Shown: positions 53,701-64,000 of the stretch, in pieces | Layout: every line of letters starts with the position of its first letter | How positions within the stretch are numbered: the first letter of the stretch is position 1 | Assembly: GCA_003344405.1 (NCBI GenBank) | Contig: NOWV01000271.1 | Coordinates: 1-64,000 of the forward strand | Direction: 5' to 3' | DNA: 64,000 bases | DNA from: Trichoplax sp. H2 | Lineage: Eukaryota | Program-made: the position numbers and the translations under genes | The notes under the pieces: generated by a model | Seen by the model: only the letters and a program-made list of their open reading frames with translations | Database searches by the model: none | What the model was told of the DNA's origin: nothing

Positions 53701-54051
53701 AAAGGATAAAAAAACGTAGTAATGTTTGACACTAGAATTAATGGTATTTCCATCTGGTATTGCATAATATACTCTAGCTATATAATACTGAAAGATTATT
53801 ATATTAAAAACAAGGTAAAAAATTACTTAAACTATGCCTGAACATTCTTGGTAAGCGTATTTAAATGTTCGCTGATAAACTTGTGTATCTAAAAACTTAC
53901 AAATGAAGTAAGGTATCCGCGTTAGAGATATTTTTTCCTGCATCAGAATTGTTCAAAGGTAGAATATTCTGACATATTAAATTATTTCCATCTCTGCAGC
54001 ATTTATTTTTATTCGTGGAAATTGACTTGCACTGGTCGTGACCATAAGTGA
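35792..54051 (-). CDS. Giant LRR-containing GPCR (LGR; relaxin-receptor/GRL101-type hinge and 7TM), >=41 LRR-type exons, ~1470 aa, 5' end unresolved
   Basis: Cys-cap exon 54051-53901 (QCKSISTNKNKCCRDGNNLIC). Then 41 phase-2/phase-2 exons of 66-123 nt, mostly 72 nt: 53596-53531, 53348-53277, 53132-53061, 52852-52781, 52699-52631, 51924-51841, 51726-51655, 50298-50227, 50038-49967, 49794-49723, 48163-48092, 48010-47939, 47804-47733, 47578-47510, 47382-47305, 47069-46998, 46880-46809, 46627-46556, 46427-46356, 45437-45366, 45158-45087, 44944-44879, 44780-44709, 44594-44514, 44304-44233, 44066-44001, 43655-43590, 43416-43345, 43053-42982, 42876-42805, 40927-40856, 40761-40693, 40494-40417, 40225-40151, 40012-39890, 39652-39566, 39409-39332, 39032-38964, 38773-38696, 38497-38426, 38217-38146 (e.g. 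ELQCNEIATIEAGAFNGLDNLRHL). Terminal exon 37010-35792: FFCCS..FCTP..STCLDL hinge, GN, DRF, WIP, LPINAA. Confidence 0.9.
41381..42008. mobile_element. Solo-LTR-like element, family B, in an LGR intron
   Basis: TGCGAC...GTGACA ends; flanks GCAGT/GAAGT (4/5 match). Highly similar to 34128-34760. Confidence 0.85.
45505..46216. mobile_element. Degenerate inverted family D-related element in an LGR intron
   Basis: Blocks such as agactctatgctaaagtacagatggctatatgcagtaag are reverse complements of 27680-27750. Ends approximate. Confidence 0.5.
50826..51335. mobile_element. Degenerate inverted family A element in an LGR intron
   Basis: gtgaagaaataaatgactaaattt and gatactgaatccc blocks are reverse complements of family A. 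No intact TSD. Confidence 0.6.
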
Positions 54052-55089
54052 CTATAAAAAAGAGGAATTAGATAGATTGATCCCAACTTAATTCGAAATC
54101 TGAAATAAGCAATTCGAAGTTATGGTCCAGTTTAATCGGTAGCCATGGCACGAATACTTTAATGCTAGATAACGAGGATAGCCTTGCCGTTTGTAATTTG
54201 TATCATAATTTTTAAAATTTGCAATATCAATTTTGTTTATTCAGCAATACTTAAATATTCAGCATGTAATAAGGTTACCAATTAGTTACAATTTCCAGGG
54301 TATATACTTGTATACTCGTACGGTGGACTCATAGCAAATCTACAAAGATCTGCGAATGAATAATTACCACAAACCAGCTCTACGATTACATAGCGAAAAA
54401 GTGAAATCTATAAATAAATTTTCTCCTTAAATTATTGTACTTGTCAGGGCATTAAAGTATATCTAAAAGTCAGTTGGGAGCACTTATCCCTAATTCAGTA
54501 CATTCTCAGTGATTGGTACGCCTTTAATTTTACGTTAATTAAATACTACAATGAAGGTAAACTTTATTGTAAAAACAGTTGAGCTTATGTATGGTACCTT
54601 ATTTTTGCGGTAGTTAGAACTTACAATTAGTATCGATAGCATCTATGAAATTAGGAAGTGAATTTATACCCTAAGATCTAATTAATATCATACGAGGCAA
54701 TTTGATTACAATATGCTTACTCTCAAGATTACCAAGCCATAATATATAATTGTTAAAGAGCTATGCTCTGAAATATTAATTGTTATATTAATTAAAATAT
54801 CTCATTTAAATTATTGTTTGCTCCTGTAGCTTATTAGATATTAATGTTTATTAATAAGTACTTCTTATTGCCAAGGTATCAGAAAGTTCAATATTGTTGA
54901 TGTGTCGGAGCTACCACGCTTAGTCTGTAAACGTTAATTAATAACACCTTAAGTGTAAAGTCAATTACTTTGTAGAGCCTTGAGGCTCTAGTTGCTATAC
55001 TAGGATATGTATACTGTACAGTGTAAGTCGCTATGTCAAGAATATTCACAAGTGCACCATCGGCGTTGGACGAGACTATAAAAAGCCGA

Positions 55090-55361
55090 ACACTAGCTTA
55101 GCTGTTTAGTTCCAGTTGGTCACTTGCAGGATCTTTTGACTATTATTGCTAAGAATATTCGTACGTTTTTCTTTAGTACATTTTACGACTAAGTTTAACG
55201 AAAACAAAGTGAAGTATTTAAACCTATTACTCATTAGTAGCTTATTTGTGTAGCTGAGAGTTAGTTTAACTACGATAGGTCCCTAAGTTAGTTGGGAACA
55301 CGAGTACTAGTGAAGACAGTCTTTAAGACCCGGTTTCTTGTTACAAAGGAGATTTTTAACA
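55090..55361. mobile_element. Family E repeat, uninterrupted copy
   Basis: Matches both flanks of the 27299-27848 insertion, with a single ACATT at the junction (~55178). Confidence 0.75.
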
Positions 55362-58300
55362 ATAATCGAATATGAATTAGTCACGTATAATATTACATCA
55401 CTAGACGTATTAGCTAAGAAATTATAATTAGCACTTTTATTAGTACAATTAGCACAATAAGTGTCTTTTAATAATTAACTATAATTCCAAATTAGTTGGA
55501 ATTAGTCACGATTACGTATTACAGTACAAGGCGTTTAAAGTATAAAATATTTTGTAATGTAATAAATAAACTATTTCGCTAAGCATCGCGCATTGCGGTG
55601 AGATAGTATCGGCGTAACAATCTACTTGTTAAAGTGGGGATTGATCAACAGTAATAAAAAGTTTGCAGCAACAGATGCGAAAGCATCCGTTGTATAAGTT
55701 TCACTAGATATCTCACTAGAATTAGTAAGTTGATTTTACAGCCTTTTGAGAGATTCAACGCTGTATCCGTATGCATAAGTCAACATATTTTACTAATATT
55801 AAGAAATTGGTTAATTAAATGGTAAAAGTTTGATTTCTCTGCAGAGATTGCCTAACAGTTTTAACGCTAAAATTAAATCTAGGGAAAGGTATCTCAGAGT
55901 AGGTAACGTACAGCTGGATGAAATATCTTTCTTGAGCAACTCTTAGATCTGATGCACTAAGGTATTAATTAATTTTACTATAAACCCTGAGATTGATTTT
56001 AAGATTGTGACTATGTCGGTATTGTTTTGCTTCAAGGTATTCCATGATTTCATCATGAAAGCCAAAGTTAAGTCAAATAATTGCGACTATCTCGACATTG
56101 TTTGCTATAAGATATTGAAAAATTTTACCCTAGATACTTAGATTAGGTTTACGAACGTGACTACGAATGTATCGCCATTGTTTGGTTTTTTTGAAGGGTA
56201 TTTTAATAATTTAGCTGTAAATATGGAGTTTTAGTCTACAATTGAGACTATTTCAGCTTGCTCGCTAACCAAAATAACCTTATTACCTATTCCATAATTA
56301 CCTTTAGGAGCGAATTTACAGGTACAGTGTCTTATTACTCACTTGTCACTGTACGCGTATTTTAATCTTACTTTATTCAACACCTCTTAAAAATAATTTT
56401 CTTTTAAGTTCAGAAAATCATTGTGAAGAATCAATATCAGATTAAGGACTGTCGCTAAGGCATTAATGCCTATTTATATCAGATGAGAGAATGTTGAAAG
56501 TTGTCACTTTAGCTTCTAATGTTAGACTGATTCTATTTTCGGCTGTTGATAATGAAATTTCAGCAAAGAATTGAAATAGTCAAAAATAAAACAAACGAGA
56601 CATTTCATCGGAGAATAATGCTTCAAGATGATAATTTAACCGAAGTTCTGGTAATTGTACCTCTTATAATTGCAGTTTAATACAGACAAAATCAATTGAC
56701 CGGGGTATTCACCAAAAATGTTTCTAAAATTAAAAGTATTATTAACGTATCAATATGTTCGGGAGGACTTTGTTATTTCCAGGTATTCACTGCGCAGTAT
56801 CATTAATATATAAGAATTCATTATTGGCGATATTGACTACGATATAGCAGATAAACCCGCAGTGAAGGTGACGGAGATAGCTACCAGTATTTCTAAAAAT
56901 TTACAATCCGTAGAATCGATAAAAATGTTATTCATCAGTTACTATTTAAATATGGAGGAAAAAATTTTTGTTTTACGGTAATTAAAGACGTGAATATAAA
57001 AACTAGTAATTTGTTTGCGGATTAAATGGTCCAAATAGATTTAGTTTAAATAACCTGAATTAGCGATTGTGTTTGTCTAGAATCGACATTCTAGTAACTG
57101 CTACACTTCCTAACTTTAGTAATTTACAACATTACCGTATGGACGTCTTTGTCACTCTATATTTTATCGCCATGAATGAGAACCGTTTAAAGACTATACT
57201 TGTAGAACAAATTATTAAAAATTCATGTGGAATCAACTTAGACGAATTTTTCTTGAATTATGACAGTGATATCGATATGATATTTTATAACGAGATAGAT
57301 AGAACATTAAGTATGATGATGCTATATATGGTGTCTAATTATACTAGGCGATAAGAGTTTTAAGAGTTTAGGATGCAAAATGAAAATTTCTTCATGATGA
57401 CTCTATTTCTTGGAAAATGTATCTTATGATAGATGTTAATACATAATTTGATTCAGCGATTTACGGTAAACGCCTTTAAGCTCGAGTATGCTTCATAAAT
57501 GCGAATAAAAATCAGCGAGATTAAAATGGAAGTAGTTAGTACAATAGAATCGAAACTTAAAATGGCGCAGAATTTATTTCATAAAATCAAAATGGATAAA
57601 TTTTCTAAATTATACGTATTAAAGATATTATAATAAAATTGTAACAAAATTAAATCAATTAAAGTCAGCATTAGAGGTAATCATTATCATGGCTGATCGA
57701 ATCTCCTAAATAGTTGAAGCCGAAGGCATTGACATCAGCATAACATTTTATTATTTTGCGAGATGATTATTATAATACTCCATTCGTTAATAAATAACCA
57801 ATTTCGAATGATAGAACAATTGTTAGAGAGGCAGTAAGGTTTAGAGTCCCTGAAGCATGGTGTATTAATTTCTTCAAGATAAAGGCACTAAAAGTTTTTG
57901 TTCACGCAAGGTCTAAAACGGAAAGTATTTGAAACTTATACTATTATTTCGCTGTCTGCAATTTTGTTCATAGGCAAAAATCATTTCGTGCCGTATTCTT
58001 TATGCAAGACTAGGCTATTACCTATGTGAAATGAATATTTCATGTTCCTCCTATTAATAACATTCACTACAATGATCCTGTTATGTTTTGGTGTCCGAGT
58101 CTGGGGCCCGATTGCTTCCTTACAAGATAATGACTTACAAAACATTTTACCAGGAAATAAATTTCATTTTAGACATATTTTTCTCAGTTGTTATTTTTAA
58201 AAGCCTTGAAGTATGTTAAATTTTAAAAGGTCATTGAATTATGAGAGACTTGTCTAAGAAGAAGACATAAAGCATATGGATCTTTTTTTCTCAATATTTA

Positions 58301-60609
58301 CTGGTTGATGGTAGTCTTTCACCAAGCTACTGTAAAGCTTAATTTAGTCGCTCTTCCTATACTTTAATTTGAACGGCGATTTGAAAGAACCATACGGTTG
58401 ATAGAAATGTATGTTAAGTGCACAAAACGTAGTTAAAGCTATTAGAACATTAAGTTGTTCCGATGTTATTAGCAAGAAAACACTTTTAAAATAATTTTAA
58501 ATTAAATGAGGATATTATAATTCGAGAAGGAAAGAAAAAATTATTTAAAATGTTGTCTGTATACCAAGACTAACAATAGTACTGATTTAGATATTTTAAG
58601 CCATTAATAAAATATACAAACTAGTAATTTATCTAGTGGAATTCAAAATTAATGTGAATACTCCTGCCTGTGAGATATTACCTTATTCAGTTAATGATTT
58701 AGTAAGCGATATTGGCTTATCAATTACAATTTACAGCCGATTGGCTCAAGCCTAAGAAAAACTTTGGTGATAGATTCTCTGAGTAGTCAGAGAGAGAGCT
58801 AGACCTCAAATGCTTAGACAATACTGAAAATTAAATTTATTATATTACAATAGAGCAAAGTTTAATAAATAAAAACATAATTATTTTTTTCTTCGTATTA
58901 ATTTCATCTTATTATAACTCGAAACCTATCACAGTAAATATTAACTTCGAATTGAATATTTTCTGCATTCGAAAGGAAAAGCTATACGTTAGACCTATAT
59001 TTTGTTGACTGTATTGTAAATTCGAGAAATATAATTTTACTTAACTTGAAAATTAATCAGGGAATCTTTAGTAGAAATACATATGCTGATTTTGATTGAT
59101 ACTTATATCATAATTAAGTGTTATCGGGAACCATTGCTACCTATACCTTTAACTGTAAGCGTTGGAATTCCTCTAAGGTTTTAGTGGGTCTTAATAATGC
59201 TCACAAAATATGGCAGAACATTTCAGTTTGAGCACTTATAACAACTACCTTGCCTATTGGAAATAAACTTATCTATGTTGCGATTTTAAATGTTATGTAA
59301 TAGATATGATCATTTACAATAAGCACAAGTAAGCTGCTGTGGAGCATAAACAAATTTAAAATTATTCTTTCGAGAGCTTTAACTAATAGATCTGGAATAA
59401 CTTCATTACGGTATCTGCATAACGGAAATAGTTTTTTATTTCCATTCTTAATATCAGAATTTTGCGTCAGATAGTTTCTCTATTAGCGTCTCAAAAGCAT
59501 TTATCGTAAAGATATCTACAATATTTTAGAAATATAAAGAAGACTGAAAAGCATGTTATGTATCTTTAATAATTAACTCAATCTTTAGTAAGATATTCGG
59601 TATTCTATCGTAAATCTTCAATTGTAGCACCATATTTTGAAGTATATTACCGGAACATCCAGCTTACAACTATTGTGTTTTCCACACTATGAAAGCAATT
59701 CTAGAGTATTTATCTTGTCATATACTTCTAATACCTACGTGATACGGTTACACGCACGTTTTACTTTTATTTTAACATAGTTATTTGACTGGAACAATTC
59801 GTTTGTTTAGCCGTATCCTAAAATGATTTTTCTAACGCTAACTATAATAAATATTACTATTTCCTTATTAATAATTAATCATTTGTATGTTCTTGCCGTT
59901 ATAACGGGCTCCTAATCTTCCGAAACGTCGCAATTTTACGACAATACGATTTGTACGTTGCTATTGGTTCTGGTTATTTACCTTAGTATTCATCGATAAT
60001 TTTCATCATTCGTTTGTTGTAGAATAGTAAGATATAGTATATACTTAAGTAAAGCCAAACTTAATAGACTGCTATTGGTGATATTGGTAATTACTTATTA
60101 AATGTACTACCAACTACATGTAGTTTAAGATATAATTTAATTTCTTGCTTTGTTAAGACTTTTGTAAGGTTGTGAAAGTGTATTAACTTTGTCTAACTCA
60201 ACTGTTATTATCAAATAGATTTATTATACAGAAAAAGAATACCCCATATATATACATAATGGATGAATTGTTAACGAAAAATTAAATGTTTAAAATTATC
60301 CCAATGAGTTTAAAGTTATCAATAATTCATAGTAAATATTCATAGATGCGTAACAGCATTATACGATATGATTATTTTACTTAGTAATACCTCTACAGCT
60401 TAATTGATGTAATTATTATTTTTTTAAGTGGCAGTATGCAATTCTTACTATAACTAAATAATTGAAAATAGATAAATGTTCCAATAATTACTAAACGTAA
60501 CTTTTAATCAAGATACAATTACTTTATAGGTAAACAAGCTCCATCGAATTTAATTTAGAATAGGAGTATCTCAAATAAGATAGATTGGGAAATTAATTAA
60601 CTAATGTAT

Positions 60610-61176
60610 TGTCACAAACTAGCTTCGAGACAAAGATAACGTAAAACAAATCTCTAAATTACTGTAGTCTCCAGGATTCAGTATCCCTTAACTATCTCAC
60701 AAGAATTTAGGCGCCTTTCTTTCTACGTTAGGCAACTATAGAAATCTGCTTTATTTAACTATCTGCCGAGCTTAAATACGCTTCGGCAGCTGCTATCATG
60801 CATGAGTCATGACAGTTCATGAAATTTAGTTCATATTGGATAGCTAAATTAATACAGAAATTATTCATAATCTTAGATATGTACTGAACGATTCTAGATA
60901 ATTAGATTACAGTATGTCCATACACAGAATTATATATAGTATCTTCTGTAATTGAATATCTTCAGGATATTTATCACAAGCGTTACAAGACGTAACACTA
61001 TAATCAATTAACATTAGTTACCTTATGAGAACTCTTTCTACAGTGTAGCATAATTTACTGTAATAAAATACTAACTACCGTACTTCTTACTGTTAGTCAT
61101 TATTAGTTATCTCCATATATAAATGTTAAACACTAAATTTAGTCATTTACTCTTCACGGTAGTTTGCACTGTGACA
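60610..61176. mobile_element. Solo-LTR-like element, family A
   Basis: TGTCAC...GTGACA ends; flanks TGTAT/GGTAT (4/5 match). Colinear with 29693-30264. Confidence 0.85.
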
Positions 61177-62703
61177 GGTATTAATGATTGTTAAAAAAAT
61201 TTGTTTTAGTTACTTAAAGCCAGTGGTATGTATCGCGTATAATCGAGCGAATTAGATAGCTATAGGTCCATGCCCGATAGTCCCTTTATTATAGTGAATA
61301 ATTTTAGCTATGGATTAAGGTAACTTGTTCTCCTTTTTTGACTACTTCAAGGTATGTTATGAGCTTAACGCAAGTGCACGTAAATTGGGTAATTTAATTT
61401 TTTAGGCAAACATTATTTTGATCACATTACCTACGTAGCTTCTACTATCGGCGCTTAAGCTGTAATCGAAATAATGAGCTCATACCCAGGTTTAATGAAT
61501 TAATAAATTTTTTAAATTTTTGAAGCCCTAAATATTTTTCAGTATATTTTTTCCTTGCAGAATCTTACGGAATAGAACAGATGCTAATTCAATTTTCTTA
61601 TTTATTAATAAATATAAAGCCGAATACTACTGGTGCAAAATATTCTATGTTAACAAGCTCATTAATTGCTGGGTATATGAATTAAAGTGAGGATTGGTTA
61701 AGATACCTTCGAATTAAAAATATCTTCTAGATGTTATTAAGAGTAATAAATGAGCACAGTGATTAATTATCAATAGTTTTGAAAGCTAATATTTAAGGAT
61801 GTTAATGAAAAATAATTAAATGCAGAAAAAGCAGCTCGAATTATCTTCAAAATTCCTGATTGTATCTAAATTGTTGGAATTTATAGTCTAATGTCGATCT
61901 TAAGGCTAACGCTCATTAAACATAATGTAGTCTGCCCATGATTTATCAATATACCAAAATTCACTGGCAGGTCTTCTCAAATTAACTTTAGATAGTAAAA
62001 GCGGGGAAAAATTTCTAAAGTGTGTCAGTTTTCAAGAAATGTTGTTACGAATATTACTAGAAATTGATAAAGTCTATTGTAAAATAAATAAATTTTTAAT
62101 AAGTCGATATTAATTGCAAAAGTCGAATCTGACCAAAACAGCTGCTTCTATAATGAGCTACTAGTAATAGCAACAGATTAATTTAGTGCATCAAACTAAC
62201 CGTAAAAGAAAAGATAGCACAGCAAGAAAGTTTGGACTGGATTTTGTTGCGAAGTCATCTTTAACACACTTGCGAGGATTTTGCATGCGGTTGCTGGTAA
62301 AGATTCTAACGATAAGAGTTAATTTAACAGTATTGTGGATTTAAATGAAAAGAAATAGCTCAAATATCAAGATACAATGACAAGCTGACAGAAAGAGTCT
62401 AAATTAAAATATGAATAGATCTCAGACCTTTTCAAAATTTTGGAAGACTATTGATAATTACAGCATTCTGCTTCTCCTAGAGTTTAACCATGAAGCGACT
62501 GTTTTAATTTAATATCAACTAATTACTTCGTATTTTTAATTTTAGCTTCCTGTGACGAGGAATAAATAATTTTGCATTCAGATCTAATTCTATTCAGAAC
62601 TTAGACTGTAAAAAACAAGAAAATTCGGCTCGAACAATAGCACTATCAATAACAGTTTATTGTTTTTACTTTATTGATTTCATTCAATTCAATAATTTTA
62701 GAT

Positions 62704-63265
62704 TGTGATATATACCGATCACGAAATTCCAAATTTTAGAAAAATAAGGGCTTTATTGAATCTTAAACAAAGATTAACTACACACAGCTCTACTCTAGCC
62801 GAATACTACCACTAAAGACTTCTACAACGAACTAACAGAATAATCTAAAGTTGCATGCTTTCATACTTTTCGTAGCATTTGCAGCTATAATCCGCACGAC
62901 AACCTTTTACCTTATTTTACACATAGTTAAATTATTCTTACTAACACTATTCTACTGCAGACCATCATTAATCTGATATGAATACGACTACAGCATTTAC
63001 GTAGACATTATTCACACCAGCCAAAGTACAATGAATTAACAATATCCTAATATATGATTTACGGTTCTATTTTTACCTATAACCTTATTAGTAACTCAAC
63101 ACCTTACTGTATATAGTCATCTGTAGTCGAGTATAGAGTCTATATCACTACAGTCTATAGTTATAGCTACCAAATATCTTTTAGGATAAATATAGAAGTT
63201 ACGCTACCGTACATTATACTGAACATGGCGAACACTCTACAATCACAATACTAAGTTACATTACA
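62704..63265. mobile_element. Solo-LTR-like element, family D
   Basis: TGTGAT...ATTACA ends with a perfect TAGAT duplication. Colinear with 27299-27848. Confidence 0.9.
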
Positions 63266-64000
63266 TAGATATTCATAATTTTATTGGTAATCAATTCTTC
63301 GTACTTAAGTAAAGGCCATCAATAAGGTCCAAAAATCAACATAGGATATTAGACCAGTATTACATCATAATAAGTAGTTAAGGCAACTTAAATAGAATGA
63401 TCGTATTGTTTTAGTGAATATAAATTTATGAATTGCGGTAAATTAACTATCCAAATCACTTTCTAAAATACAAAAGGAATAGTAACAAAATTGCTCTTAC
63501 TTGTATAACTATATTTGTCCTGAGTCGATTGGTTTTTTGTAATAAAATTGATTTTCTTCTTAACGAGTAATTTTTGATTGCAATTTTATCCGAGTATTAT
63601 CACATGCGATTAATTTGGCTCCCTGATATCGATTTATAATTCAGAGATACGCGTAAAAGAACACTACGATAATAAATATTGTATTATCTATAAAATCCAT
63701 TACTCGTTAAAGATTTATTAATATTAAAATAGCCACAATATCCGGTACTAGAGCTGAAAGAACCAGTCTAGATAATATATATATAAAATGTAAATGTGCT
63801 ATTGAAGCTTTAGGTGACTTTGAACTGATAATCATAAAGCTAATTAAGTTCATTTTCGAAGAAAAACTTGCCTTTTATGTAGAATGGTAGATAAAAGCTT
63901 TAATTATTTAAGCTAGACTAATAATGGAATAACTGGACCGTAAATGTTAATTACGGCTTCGGTAAAGTCACAATAATAAAAGTTCAATCCTAATTTTATC

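Noticed and set aside
55700..57600. Coding-like fragments including ORF 57067-57354
   Set aside because: Short stop-interrupted frames with no identifiable family.
61780..62460. Coding-like stretch with KAARII, reminiscent of a LINE ORF2 C-terminus
   Set aside because: Single short motif, no RT core motifs, many stops.
1..64000. Prokaryotic-type systems (CRISPR arrays, operons), rRNA and tRNA
   Set aside because: The sequence is spliceosomal-intron-rich eukaryotic DNA. The periodic cttac motifs at 38-54 kb are minus-strand splice donors, not repeat-spacer units. No tRNA or rRNA signature seen.

Overview
AT-rich (~30% GC), intron-rich eukaryotic DNA with two short assembly gaps. The gene style (short GT-AG introns, one-LRR-per-exon GPCR, many decayed gene fragments) suggests an early-branching animal, possibly a placozoan; this is inference only. 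Splicing by hand gives four well-supported genes. Two are paralogous two-exon genes (7306-10184 and 23406-24057, minus strand), each encoding a 164-aa secreted preprohormone laid out like insulin/relaxin (signal - B chain - basic site - C peptide - A chain) but with a non-canonical 8-Cys pattern. They sit among probable decayed copies of the same family. The third is a 5-exon tandem Tudor/Agenet-like + BTB gene (28815-33031, plus). The fourth is a very large LRR-containing GPCR (35792-54051+, minus) with at least 41 LRR-type exons and a relaxin-receptor/GRL101-type hinge and 7TM. The peptide array next to this receptor is the best candidate for an undescribed linked ligand-receptor system. Non-coding DNA carries at least four families of 0.4-0.65 kb TG...CA elements with 5-bp target-site duplications (solo-LTR-like). 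Two are present in one copy and absent from the other copy of sequence duplicated across an assembly gap.
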